A stretch of DNA of 64,000 bases from Auanema rhodensis (GCA_964057225.1 OZ059899.1:12896001-12960000); one strand, 5' to 3'. Shown: positions 24,429 to 40,300, counted from the stretch's first letter. The notes: generated by a model not told the origin, from the sequence alone. Numbers and translations: made by a program.

Positions 24429-25960
24429 TTATTTTTTGAAACCTTTGAGAATAGGGTAAATTTGATTAAAAGCTTCATCAATATCCTGTTTATATTTCGC
24501 TCCTGTAATTACGACCTGAAACAACAGTTAAGCTTACGAAGAAAGAGAAAGTATATTAAGCCTACTTTTCCTGACACGAATATTAACAGAACGACTCTAG
24601 GTTTTACCATACGATAAATGAGACCAGGGAATAACTCAGGTTCATAGGTACTGCAACAAAATTTTTTAAAAAAAATCATTTTAAGCTAAACAAAAACCTG
24701 AACTGAGCGTGGTGAATACATAAGCCTTCTAATTGAATAGGGAAATGTACATCACATGATCCTACCATATTTTGAACCTAAAACGAAGATAAAGAGAAAA
24801 TAATTGAGTATATATGTTACTTTGAACTCAGTAAACTTTGCTGGGAAATCCAATTTTTGTACAATGCGTGCGTATTTTCGCGCAGCCAGCCTTGAAGAAA
24901 AGAGATTCCGGGTTTTCTAAGCTAATCTTCTTACCTGCTGGCTTCTTCTGACTTAGCTCCGGTACATACCATTTTACCACTTGAAAAGATAAGTGCAGTT
25001 GTTCTCGGTTCTCTAAGACATGATAAATTCTTTGAGTTTGTCGAATTTCAAAACTAACCGAATACGCATAATGACTGCAGCAAAACGCTTCGGATTGTAT
25101 TCAGCATTACGAGCATGTAGAGCTATTTTCTTCAAATCTAATGTAACTCCTATAGGAAAAAATAAATTTAATTATTATTTAAAAAGGTGATCCAAACCTA
25201 AATTAACAGTAGACACAATATTTTGTAGTGTTGGCATGGGTACATCCAGCGTACTCATTGGTGTTTGAGGCATTACTGCAGGTATATTTGAAACTTGAGA
25301 CATTTGTCTATGTTGATCATCTCGGTACTACAAACATTTTAATAGTGATTAAGAATTGAAAAGATCATACTTGATCCACGTTGTTCAAAGGGGTCATGGG
25401 TACGGCAAGATTGGGACCAACAGATCCTGGGCCCAGCTCCTGAAACGTTAAAAAAGGATCTAGTCTTTCAAGTTGCTGATACCTGAAACACTGATCCAGG
25501 AGCTCCTAAATTTCCAACTGATGGTGGATTAATATTCAAGTTCATGTTAATGTTGCTAGGAGGTCCTCCACGATCATGTTGAGAAAAGCCTCCCATAATT
25601 GACCCAGATTGCCCGTACATGCCTGGAACAAAAAAGCGTAATTTTGGAAAATAATCACAAGCATACTTTGAGGCTGTTGCGAGTTTTGCCCAATTTGAGA
25701 TTGAGGTCCTAAAATACTATGAGGACCAACTAAACTTCCAGGACCAATGATAGATCCTGGACCAAGAACCGACCCAGGCCCACCATGATGATTCATAATA
25801 GAGTTAGGACCACCATGACTTCCTGCAACAAATTTAGCAATTGATACATTTTCAAACAGACTGGATACTAGCCTAAAACAGAAGATGGACCACCAATTGT
25901 TGGTGTTTCACCTCCCATTCCCCCTAGGATTGAGCCAGGATGCGGACTGTTTACATTCAT
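24429..25960 (-). CDS. tbp-1: TATA-box binding protein
   Basis: Core [68 protein letters not shown]; N-terminal GPxSx(L/I) repeats. Confidence 0.98.
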
Positions 25961-26133
25961 CTTAAATTAAGATATAGAAAAAATAAAACAACGAAATGAA
26001 ATATTCAAGGTATATAGAGCTAATATACTCAGAAACAAAGAAAAAAAACGAAATACACATTAAACAATTTCATAACAAAACTCAACAAAGGAAAACAATA
26101 ACAAGAATAAAAATGAAAAAGTAAGAAAATCAC

Positions 26134-28569
26134 TTATAACTTCCAGAATTTTTCATAATCATAATTAACGGAATTTGAAGGGAAAAAGCTACTATTTGGT
26201 GCAGTAAAGTTGGTAGGAATAACATATTGATTTTGTTCAACCTGAATGAAATTTATTGTAAATATAAAATCGCGAACGTTTCACCTCTCTCTTAGCTGCA
26301 AATTTTCCCTTTTTATCTTTCTTTGAACGCTTCACTCGGGGCTCATCGGGAACATCATTCTCCTCTTCTTCATCATCTGATCCATCCTGAAACGTGACAT
26401 TTGGGTAAGCGAAATTAAATGAAAAGTAACCTGTGATTTGGAATACTTCAAATCATCGGAATTAGTATCTTTTCCAAATTTACAAGTCATCATATTATAA
26501 AAATATTCATCTTGACAACGGAACCTTACGAAGGACTCCATCTAAAAATAATTCAAAATTTTGAAATAAAAACAAGAAAACTAAGTATCATCCAACCTTT
26601 TGAACAGGTTTGGTAATAAAGCATGAACGCTTGCTGATTTCTCTTAGCCAGTGTTGTTGCAATGTCTGTAATCATAATATCACATGGAGATTTGAAAACT
26701 CCAAATACCTTTATTTCCCATAATGAACTTTCTGTTGCATTGCATTTGCTTAAAGATGGCTCGTCTACATCATATGGATCCTTATCGAGCGTAGCTAAAC
26801 ATTCAATGTTACAAAAACAATTTTAAAATAGTGAAATGACCAGGAAGTTCACGATGCATCAAAGGAGATAATGTTGGATGTCTTGTGATTAAATTTCTGA
26901 TTAATCCTAATATGGGTTCCTGAGCATCTATTGGTGCATAAAGAAGACAACGAGAAAGCCTTTTAGTAAAACCAGAAACGACATAACTAGGGATATGTCT
27001 GAATATGAAACGCGATATATGTTTGTATATTCCAAACGTACGTGGAAGAGAGGAAAACATTGAGTAGTTCCACGAATTTCTGTTTATGCGACATATAGAG
27101 AACAAAAGGTTTTGTTAGTGAATAGACTTGATCATAGAAATTTGGATATTCACTAAAGAAAATATGAATTTCAAAAATAAATGAGAAAATAACTCACAAA
27201 TTGTGATCAACAATCAATTTGAAAATGGCACTAAGAGCAAGAATTGAGAAAACATCTCCCTTCTCGAAAATCTGGAAAATATAGAAGTGCAAACAAAACA
27301 TTTAATAAACTACTTTGAAGAAGAAATCCGATGTTTTGTGAGGCTCTTTCAATCCTCCTAGCACATTATCAGTAATATGTGGAATCATATTGCATAAAAC
27401 TGTATTAGGAACCTACAGAATATGAATGAAAATTATAAGTTAGGCTGATAAAAGTTACATTGCATTTCATAATTTGAATCCATGCCGCCTGCCACGCATT
27501 AATAAGCTTAACCTTCCTCCTCGAACGTAAAATATGGTCTGAAATTTTAGATAATAAACAATAACCATAAAATACAACAACTGTATCTCATAAAATAATC
27601 AAAGATCGAATAATTACAATCGTTATACTTTTAGGAACCACAACTGGTTAAGAAGAAAAGCACAGAAGCAATGGGAACGTGTTATCATTTTGATTGTGTC
27701 TAGTATTGAAATCGGTTGTTTTCGCTGTTAAACGCAGGTAAGAAACTTTTCATAAATGGCTTTCTATCTCTCACATGGAAAGGAAAAAACATAAAAAGTG
27801 TAAATGATTTGAATTTAATTAGAAAGATCGGGAGAAAAACATACGTTTTTGATTAAATAGTAGAGGTTTCACTGATTCCGCTGGGTTAGGCGTGAACTTC
27901 AAGAAGCTGAATATATTACTCCATACAAACTTTGATTTAAAATCACCATTCTTTAAAAAAGGATTAGCCATCATTAATTGTTTAATCACTTACAGACATC
28001 ATTTTTGTAATTTGTAGTGTTAAGCAGTAAAGAAGATCACAACATGAGAAAATCTCTTTACAGAGAGATTTCATAATTTTTGGCTTAATTTTAGAGCCCT
28101 TGTTGAAAAATAAGCAAATTCCCTGAATTTTAATATTTAAAAATAGCTTTGTTATTTATTTTACCATAACAAGTTCATTCAAGGACTTTGTACAAACAAT
28201 TCTCCCAGTTTTCGAGCTTCTCTCATAAGGTTTGATAGCCATAATCTTCTCTAATAACTCCTAAATGGTTCATGCTCATGATATTATTATGTCAGTAATA
28301 TAAATACTTCGCTGAACTGAGCTTTAGCAAAGATATTTTTCCATTCCTTCGCGGATATAATTGGGCCTTCGTCTTTTGTAAGCTGATATTGATCATCACC
28401 TATTTCTTCTTCATCAACCTCACATTCTTCATCACTAACTTCCTTTAATACAAGTGTATATATGTCATATGATTAAAGTTACCTGTGAAAACTCCTCCTC
28501 CACTTTTTCCGTCATTTTTGAAGCGATTTCTGTTTCTGTAGTATCATTACTTTTCTGAGCGATAGTCAT
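26134..28569 (-). CDS. Nucleolar complex protein 4 homolog (NOC4L, CBF/Mak21 domain)
   Basis: FSILALSAIFKLIVDHN, HIPSYVVSGFTKRLSRCLL, LIRNLITRHP, DPYDVDE...NATESSLWEI...HW. Confidence 0.85.
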
Positions 28570-28861
28570 CTAAATTCAAATAATTATATTCTCCATAATT
28601 ATCACGCAAAGTTGTAAGCTTAAAGTTTTTAACTAAATTATAACGGCTTTCTAGTATACAAAAGAATACTGGGGCGCCAAGCAGTCTCATACGTAATTAC
28701 GGTTCAATTTTCGCTTTAACGACCAAATTCAAAAATGTTAAATTACTTTCGAATTCCGCGTTCTTTTCATTTTGCTGTTTACTGCAAAATTGTAAGCTTT
28801 TTCCAATTTAAATAATTAGTTTTATAGATTATCAATTGCACTCTAGTAAAATTACTAAATC
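28570..28861. promoter_or_regulatory. Bidirectional promoter region NOC4L/LUC7L3
   Basis: Divergent ATGs 292 nt apart; GGCGCCAA and TTCCGCG E2F-like words. Confidence 0.6.
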
Positions 28862-30246
28862 ATGACGGATTATATGGCTCAAATGCTGAATGAGCTTATG
28901 GGGCCCCAGAGAAATGCTTTACCTGGAGAAGTAAATATATAATAAGAAAACAGAAGATATAAATGAAATTATGATATTTAGCAAGCTGCTATTGACTTTA
29001 CTCATTCCGATGTGTGTCGTGATTTTTTGGTGGCATTTTGTCTTAATGAATCGTTCAGAAATACTAAAAATGACATAGGTTTTTGTCCATATGTAAGGTT
29101 TTCTTTTCACTTCCGTTGTTTCATTTTGAATTTCAGAATATTCATGATGAAGGATTACGAAAGAGATATAGAGAGAGTAAGAAGTTCGGTAAACTTGGAT
29201 ATGAGGAAAAGTTTTTGGAGCGATGTCGTCGAATGCATAGTGATGTTCTTAGAAAAATTGAGAAAAATCAAGCTCGTCTTAATGTTACTCAAGGTATAGT
29301 TACAAAACAAGTTACTATTTAATTTTGTGTTTATTCAGGTGATCAACATGCATCTGCTAATCCTATTGAAAAAAAACGTCAAGAGATTGTTGAACAGCGA
29401 GATCTCCTTGGTCGCAAGATCGAAAAGTTAATGGAAGAAGCTCAAGTTTGTGATCTCTTACTATATATATATTGATTCTACATTTTTTAGATCGAAGGAG
29501 AGAGAGGAAATGTTGCTGCTGCTCAAACTGCTGTTCAGAAAGCTGATGATTTAACTGTATTGTTTTTAATAAGTTATTTGTTATTCTGATGTTTTCAGCT
29601 GGAACGTGTGTCGCTTGATCAGGAAGAAGAGAAATTGACCGAAGAAGCTAAGCGTATGTTCGCTTTTGAAGATCAAGTAACTGCCGGTAATAAGCAAATG
29701 CAAGTGTGTGCTGTAAGTCAAAAAGTTCCTCAAATGTTTCTGAACTTATAAATTTAGGTTTGTGGCTGTTTCATGCTGACGAATGATGCACAATCGCGAA
29801 TTGATGATCATCTCAGCGGCAAGCTTCATATTGCTTATCTGAGAATTCGTGAGTATTTGGAAGAGCATGATAAGGTGCGTATATTTATGAAGCTTTTCAA
29901 TCGTATTGATATGTTCTAGCCTAAGCCTAAATCGGAAGAGAATAAACCTCATGAACGTGAACGCAATAACGATCGCCATGAGAGGAGTGATAGATGGGGT
30001 CCAAACAAGGATAGAAAGAGGTATTTTTATGCTCTATTTCGGTATTCTTATTTTGATTCTTCCAGATCTCGTAGTCGTGATCGTAAAGACAGAAGAGATG
30101 ATCGACGTGATCACCGTGATGATAGATATCGTCGTGATTATAGAAAGGACAATTATAATAGAAGAGATAGAAGCCGTTCAAAAGATAGAAGTGTTAGTAA
30201 TGAAATTCGATTTCTTGTTTTCAACATTTTGTTCCAGCGTCGTTAA
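28862..30246 (+). CDS. LUC7-like 3 (CROP) U1 snRNP-associated splicing factor
   Basis: MAQMLNELMG; ZnF1 CRDFLVAFC...NTKNDIGFCPYNIH; ZnF2 MQVCAVCGCFMLTNDAQSRIDDHLSGKLH; RS/RD-rich tail; last coding exon 30238-30246. Confidence 0.92.
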
Positions 30247-33007
30247 TGTTTTTTTCTGCTCTAATTGCTCGGTATTTTTGTTCAAATCTCTTCTGAGGTT
30301 AGTTCAGTCAGGTTAGTGGTTTCTTTACACCGTAGTTTGCATTGTCGAGAAGGGCTTATTAGTTTGGTTTTTCTCTGTTTTATCTGAGTGTATTGGTCGA
30401 GTCATTGGACTGCTTCTTCCTCTTATACTCCTGGAATCCATATATATCCGAGTTAGTTTCTGAGACATGAACTTGAGCTGCCTTTTGAAAATATTCTTCG
30501 TGTGATTAGTCGATTATTGTGGAAACCTATTTTTCTTTATTTCAGATCCATCTGTCAGCCATCGTTAGTTGGTATAGAACAACGCGGTATTATTTTGATC
30601 TTAACTCTTTTGTCACTATATAATACAGGTTCTAATAAATTTTTATTTAAGTAATCTGTTTTTTGAAAATACTTAGTCATTATTTCATCAGCACTTATGA
30701 CTCATCGATGTTTTCTTTTTGCCCGAAGACTGCGGGCGGAGACTAGTAAGGCGAGATAGATAGGCCCGGCCCACATGTTGTATATATATATGTGTATTTT
30801 CGAGATGAATGTGGACAACCCAGCGTGAACTAAAATTTTATATTAATTGTTGTGGCGAAATAAAGATTATTTCTCAAAGACCGCTCTGTATATAATATAT
30901 ATTTTTCATAGCTTTAACCCGTATATTTTCTTTATTTATTTTTTTTTATTTGGACAAATGTGTTCAATTTATTATAAGAACAAGGGCAATGCTATGCACT
31001 AGCAAGGTCTGTCTTTCTTATAACCTTACTTTTTCACGAGTGTTTGGAAAAGAAAATGTGAGTGGTTGTCGAGACGAGGCAAACGATAAAGTAAACTTGC
31101 TGATATTCACTCTATTGACTGGTTTGGCAAACAAACAGCCTTGGCAGCGATCGAATTGCTACAACGCCTCCCATTGCGAGTATTTTTCCTTTTCTAGAAA
31201 TGACATTATCTCACTTTTTTTTTGCAAATCCCAAGTTTTTATCTTGCTCATCTACTAGTCCTTGTTAAATTCGCAGGCTTGCCAATATTTGGCAGACTTC
31301 CAGCCTTTCGTATTGACATGCCAGCCAGCGCGAGACAACAATTGCCATACGGCTTGCTGCCATCAGGGTTTCAGCCTAACACGGATGTCATGCTTCTATT
31401 GGAAGCAAAAAAATATATGTATTATATATTTCGCTTTATAATCGTTAGAAAATATGCCAAAAGACAATAATTTCTCTTCATGCATACGTCAAATTGCCAA
31501 AACTCATTTTCAATGTTTAATATTTACAAACGACCTCTCTTTTCAACTTTTTATGTTTTGCTTGTCGTCGAATTGAAGCAAAGTTGAGGTGGCTGAAATG
31601 ACAGCTGCTACGTTTTTTTATTGGGCTTTCGGCTCGGAATATCGATGACATGTCTTTATGGTTCTTGTTTCATATTTATCCATAAAATAGGAAATTTATT
31701 GGAAGGATGATTTGATGCTTGACAACCAATAACGGTTTACAGCTCAAGCGGGCAAGCTCGACTTCATGTTATTTCCTTTTAGTCTTTTTTTTTGTAAATT
31801 ATTTTCAGGCTCGATGTTTTTTTGAACACATACATCCATGAGTTCACATATAGAGCCTTGTTTTGTTTCCCTATTTTTCCTCTTCTTAGCCGATATAATC
31901 GAAGAAACTTCTTCTGTTTATGTTCTATTTTGCATGTGTGTGACATCCCATCAGTGACACAGCCCTTCTTTTCTTGTGGTTGTTGCCATCATCATCAACC
32001 AAGGTCGAAACAAATACTTTCTTTCTACGCTGTCATTCTGATAACCTTCATAAAGTTTCAAAAATTATTTCTTCTAATATGAAAACTTCTCTCATTCGTA
32101 TATAGTGTTGTTTAGAACAAATTACGGAGTGTTTCTCTAATTGTATTCGTTAAGATAAGAAAGCATCAGTTTTATTGAATTCTAGCTATTATTTTCAAAA
32201 TTTAATAACATCCGTCTCTGTATTGATCATAACAACTAATTTCTGATAGATTACATTCGCCACAAATTCAGCAATGTTGTCTCTGATTCAATTTTCTTTT
32301 TCCAATTATATTTCTTAAGCCATCTCAAATATATTGTATACATCTTCTTCAGCGTCATCAATATTCTTTTTTGTTCTCCTCTACGTCCTTGTATACGAGG
32401 GTGTTCAAAAGAAGAATATCTACCTAGCTCCTCCTACTTGGATAGTTTTGTTCGTTCATTTGCTCGCAGTCTTTTTGTTTTTGCACAATGCATCGCATAA
32501 CTTTTTCATTAAATACAACTCAAAATACTATTTCTAGCTGCACATGATTTGTCAATCCGAAGAAAGAATCTGTTACTCTTTTATTTTATTCATTCTTAAA
32601 ATAAAACAAACAAATTTTCTATTTTTAACGATCATATTTAACCTCCTTCACACAAACTATAAGCTTCTTTGCGAAATCAAAAACTGAAACATCAGCACAA
32701 GTCATCATTGATAAAAATTTTAATGAAAAAAAACTGAGGAAATCGCTTTTTTTTTAGAAATGTATATGACAGAGCATCATTTCCATGGGCATTTAATGAT
32801 TCATACTCTCGAGCTGAATCAGAATGAAAGTATAATTCATTCCACACAAACTAGAGCTAAAAGACACACTTTAACTTCATATTTTTCAAACATTTTCTGT
32901 TTTCTATGTTATTTCACTTGAATATGTATCCAAATATTTTTCTTTCGTTTGAGATTATAAAGACAAAAACTATTTTTCTCATAATACAATAATTTTAGTT
33001 CGTAGAG

Positions 33008-34478
33008 ATGATCTCCCCCTACGCTACCATCGTTGACAACCGCGACTTTCATGCAGCCATGACTGCTGAAAAAATCGACCGGGGTATGTGCCTACATATA
33101 TTGCAATGAATATGCTAATTGCGACGTCTATTTAATGAATTTGAATAATCGATTTCGAATCACGTCATCAATTTTTCATTTTTCACTCATTACAAGTCGC
33201 TAATCGGTTGTATTCATGAACATTACTTTCAGCTCTTCGTGCCGGGGAAAAGGATGCCGTTGTTAAGATCATTACTTCCTTGAGCAATGGACAACGCCAA
33301 CTAGTAATTCATTTGTTTTTGTAGTATAGAAAATTGTAATAATATAACTTTACAGCTTCGTGAGCCATATAAGATCAAATATGGTAAGGATATCATGACA
33401 GCTTTGGATAAGAAGTTCAGTGGAGATCTTGAGAATGCTGTTCTGTCTCTTATGGATTCTCCTCTGGATTACGATCTTAAGCAACTAAAGCAAGCTATGA
33501 AGGTATAGGAAATTGTAATCATTTTGCCTTCAAATAATGTTCTAGGGCCTCGGAACCGATGAAGCTGTTCTTATTGAGATTCTAGGATCTCGTACACCAG
33601 ATCAACTTCGTGCTATTCGTGCTGGATATGAGCGTGAATATGGAAAACAATTAGAGAAAGAGGTTAAAACTCTAATACAAACGCCATATGATTGTCAATA
33701 TTAGGTTGCCTCTGAGACTAGTGGGGAGTTTAAGGAACTCTTAATTTCATTGGTTACCGGAAGTAAGGACGCATCTCATGATACTAACGATGCAGAGGCT
33801 AAAGATGTAAGTAGAAACATTATTTTCAATTATTTATCGGAAAAATGCTTAGGACGCTGTAAGACTATTTGCTGACGGCAAAGGTAAATTTGCAAACAAG
33901 GAAGGTCCATCACACTTCATGAAAATCCTTGCTACTCAAAATCAATATCAACTCAGAAAGGTAAACATTACTAAATTGATCATTTTAAAAAATAATTGTA
34001 ATTTAAGGTCTTTGCTTATTTCGAAGAAATCTCTGGATCTACTATTGAAAAGGCTATCGAGAAGGAATTCAGCGGAGATCTTCGCCAAACCTATCTTACT
34101 ATCGCTCGTGCTGCTCTAGATAAGCAAAAATTCTTCGCCCAGCAGTTGCATAGTTCTATGAAGGTAAGCAACATAGACAGTTGAAATAAAAATTTTCACG
34201 AGTTAGTCAAATACTATTTTGTAAATAAACATTTTGAAGGGACTCGGTACGCGCGACAATGACTTAATCAGAGTTCTTGTCTCACGCTCTGAAGTAGATT
34301 TGGAGCTTATCAAGACTGAATATAAAGAACTTTATGGAAAAACTCTCGAGGAAGATATCAAGGTACACTAAAGCAAAGCAGAAAGATAATATTTATGATT
34401 ATTTTTAAGGGTGATACCTCGGGTCTCTACAGAGATGCTCTTTTGGCTATCTGCAACGGAAACCGCTACATCTCATAA
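33008..34478 (+). CDS. nex-1: Annexin
   Basis: [10 protein letters not shown]...[65 protein letters not shown]. Confidence 0.95.
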
Positions 34479-34865
34479 AACCTTTTGCAATCTCGAAGGC
34501 ATATAATAGCTTTGAACATTCCTCTGGAAATCGCACTTTTTCAAACTTCTTTACCAAATTGAAAACAATTTTCGCTTATAGTATGTAGTTTGTATTAATA
34601 AAATGTTTCATTTTTGTTTTGTTTAAAATTTATATTGTGGAGATCAGAGATAAGAGAAATATATAGAAAAGAAATATCAAGATTTTAAAAAAATGTATAT
34701 AAAGAAACAAGGAGAAATAAAAATATTAGGGTTCCAATGATAAATTTAATCATGTAAAGATCAAAATCAAACTCCTGACTATCTTTGATCATTAGCAAAT
34801 GATAATACAATAGTTATAGTAGCAAAATACAAATTCTGGGCGGTTGCCAAATAGTAGACTCTTGG

Positions 34866-34875
34866 TTTTCGCGCC
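34866..34875 (+). promoter_or_regulatory. E2F/DP (EFL-1/DPL-1)-type site TTTTCGCGCC upstream of atp-2
   Basis: Consensus match flanked by two GGGCGGT words, about 260 nt before the ATG. Confidence 0.4.
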
Positions 34876-35130
34876 AGGACCTGCAGCCCATCACAGTTCT
34901 CGGGCGGTCTAAATGGAATGTAGCTATATTCTTGAGCCCTTCCCATCTTTCTCTTTGAAACCTGTGTTACTTTTGAGTTTTTATCACTGATTTTTCTATA
35001 ATAGGTCTCGTAATATTTTAATTTTATATATAATTGCATAAATTCAACATATTCTGACTTATGTTATGTGTTTGAGCTTCTTTAAATAACTTTAATTATA
35101 ATTTATTCTGTTACAGGGGTACAAACTAGG

Positions 35131-37027
<1,897 letters not shown>

Positions 37028-37373
37028 ATGTAGTTTTTGTTATCGGATTGTGTAGAGATAAATTTAATGTATAGCCGTTGTTTTTTCTACCGTCCACTGT
37101 CTAATTCAGTCGTGTATGCGTTTATCTGGTTCGATTCCGACAAGAGGGTGGGCGATACTTCTATCTATGGTTGCCCACATTTGTTTTCTTTTATTTTTAT
37201 AACTTTGTCATAGTTGTGTAGGAAGAGATAATGAAAGTTTCTGATATAAAAGTTAGCCTAAAGGGGATTGGTTGTATGGGTTGTAAAGAGAAGCACTCCC
37301 AGTTAAAGTAATGCAAACAAAATGCACACATTACAGGTCTTTTGACGCTTAGGGGTTTTTGGCTTGAAACAAC

Positions 37374-40300
37374 ATGAGTGCTGAAAAGGTAGTAAATATG
37401 TTATAAAGGCAATAAATAAAGGATATAATCTTTGTAGCATGAGCACGAAGATAGCTCATCGCAAAATGGTGGCAACAAGGTTTGAATGAATTTAAAGCTA
37501 ATGGAAAACTTCTTCATGTTAGAGGGAAGATGTATCAACTTCTGAAGTAATGCAGCAGAGTGCACAATCTTCTGCATCGACTGATGCTATTGATGAACGA
37601 AGAATAAATGTTGGATGGGTTACTGGGAGAAGCGAAGTCATTGAAAATCTTGATAAGTACGACAACACTCGTTTTCGATTATATATTCTTTTAGAAAAAT
37701 TACCGATTATTGTCATAAAATCGGCCTTCAACAATACAATTTCATCAGTTATCCTATCGGTGGAGTTACAAGATCATTCTGGGCAACTGATAGGTTCTCG
37801 AGCAATCTGCAACTGGTTTTCATCCATTTTTTGATTAAGTGTTGTTCCACCTCCAATTGATCTGCCCGACCTTCAACTTCGAAATCATTTATGGGAAACA
37901 TATGTAAATGGATCAGTTTCGGAGTGGATTGATTGTGATTCTAAAGATGAAACTATTGCACAGCTTTCTGAACAAGAGCTTTTGAAGGTTCTTAATTAAT
38001 CATGACTTTTATATTATATTTATATCAGGAATTGAATTATGCAGTTTATATGGGATTAAGAAGTGTTGTGATAACACTTCGTCATGCAGATTCTCCTCGT
38101 CTAGCTGCAATTTTAAATAAATGGTTCTGGACCAAGAATGTTAATATGGCGTAAGTGTTGTGAAAGTTTATTTTTATTTTCTGAATTAGTGTTTGGGTTT
38201 TTGTGCCAACTTCAATCTCGGAGCTTAAATGTGAGGAAGGAGATACTCGTGATTGTTGGGAAGTATGGTCAGATTTCAGAACTCTGTGTGCAAATTATAG
38301 TTGCTCCAAGCTAATTGGTTAGTTCAAGGCATAATATTTTTAAAAGTGTACTCTTACAGTTGGTTTGATAATTGGACCTGATCTCGATGATGAATTTGTT
38401 GATTCACGTTTACTCTCAAGATGGTGGGCGGAACCTGTAAGCCTGAGCATTTTTGATTTATTCTATTCTTTATTCTTATACAGATTGGAGCTTTCTTAAC
38501 AGAGTCCGGAGTTTTCCAAACCGATCCAGCTACTAACAGGGCTTCATTACCACAGTATATTATTTTATTATGTATGAAACTAAAACAAATGATTTTCAGA
38601 TGTCATCGCAAACTTCTTCAGTCTTTGTGGATGTCTGATTTGTCACGTTTGCTAGTTCGTGAATCTGAAGGCAGTAATGTTACTCCTGCTTTGAGACAAC
38701 AATACGCTATGGTATGGGTCCTTTTCAAGTATAGGATATTCAATAGCTTTTAGCAACTTAGAGAAGTTCTTCATAACGTGCATAACCGCAAAGGTATTGC
38801 TGATGATGGTTTCTTGTCTGGTGGCAATATCAACTACATGGATGTATTACAGGTAGATTTTGCTTCTTTATTTTTGACACTGTTGATTCATTTCAGGCTC
38901 CTCTGCAGCCTTTAGCTGATAATTTGGATTCTAACGTATATAACACCTTTGAACAAGATCCAATAAAATACAGAAGATATAAAGAGGCAGTTGAAGCATG
39001 TTTGACTGATCTAGGAAACGCTTCCTCTCACCCTGAATCAATTGTACTTTATGTGCTCGGAGCTGGTCGAGGACCATTGGTTAGTCAACTCAGCACATAA
39101 GTAAAACCTTAAATGATTTTTTAGGTAACGATGTCTTTGGAAGCTGAAAGAGATTATAATGAAAGACATCGCACCAAGAAGGATCGCTTGAAGTTAAAAG
39201 TTGTTGTTGTCGAGAAAAATCCAAATGCTATTGTCACTATTCGCTATATGAATGAAAAAGCGTATGTTTCATCTTCATTTCATTCTATATTCTGTTATTA
39301 CCATTGATTTAGTTGGAAACAACGTTGCACTATCATAGAATCTGATATGCGCTCTCTACATTCCATAGTAGAACAGCGAGGATTGCCTAAACCTGACATT
39401 ATTGTCTCAGAACTCCTAGGCTCATTTGGTGATAATGAGTTGAGTCCAGAATGCCTTGATGGCGTAACTCCTTTGCTAAAGCCTACTACTATCAGTATTC
39501 CAAGCAGTTACACTAGCTATGTTGGTTAGTATTCAGATTAAAACTTTTTTACTTAGCATTCATTTAGCACCCATAATGTCCAGTTTAATGTATCAAACTA
39601 TTCTTTCTGCTCAAGCCGGATATTGGAGCACCGGAATTCCTGGACACGGCCGAGAAGGAAGTAAACAATTAGAAGATGGATCATACCGACAGCATTATCC
39701 GTAAGTTAAATTAAGTTTTCTTCATGTCATGCTCACATCAACTGTTCTGTAGCGCCATGACGACAAAAATGAAAAATTGAATCTCTGATTAAAATATTTT
39801 TCTTTTGAACGAAATACTTGAAAATCAAATATTTAAGTGCAAGTTGAAAATATACTTTTATTTGTTGAAATTTTGATTATAGACAAGGCCTGCAAATTGC
39901 AAACCTGGACCAAGTATATGTTGTTTTCCTAAGACAATATTGCCATTTGGCAAAATCAGAAAAAGTTTTTACTTTTGATCATCCAAATTTCTCTAACAGC
40001 TCTAATGAGAGAGAAATGGAAATAGAGTTCGACATGGATTTCGCGGCTGATGTGAGTTTTTGAAAAAATTCGGCTCAGTGCAAGTTACTTCTCTTTTAGA
40101 TTATGGGATTTGCCGGTTATTTCCATATGACTCTTTATAAGGATGTAACTCTCTCTATAGAGCCATCAACATATTCAAAAGGAATGATTAGTTGGTTCCC
40201 CGCTTTGATACCGTTACGTAAATTGCATCGTGTACATCGCGGTGATAAGGTATATTTATTTTCAAAAAGTCGTTGATTTTCAATTTTATGTGATTTAGGT

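Larger units (their letters stand above)
17155..28569 (-). other. Probable operon NOC4L - tbp-1 - trd-1 (- TRAF)
   Basis: Four co-oriented genes with stop-to-start gaps of about 170, 600 and 280 nt; inferred from spacing only. Confidence 0.55.

Noticed and set aside
37128-37140. tRNA T-loop-like GGTTCGATTCC
   Set aside because: No cloverleaf or A-box, so not called as a tRNA
39720-39775. GTCATG...CATGAC hairpin in a long prmt-5 intron
   Set aside because: Weak, bulged stem; no snoRNA boxes or recognisable miRNA
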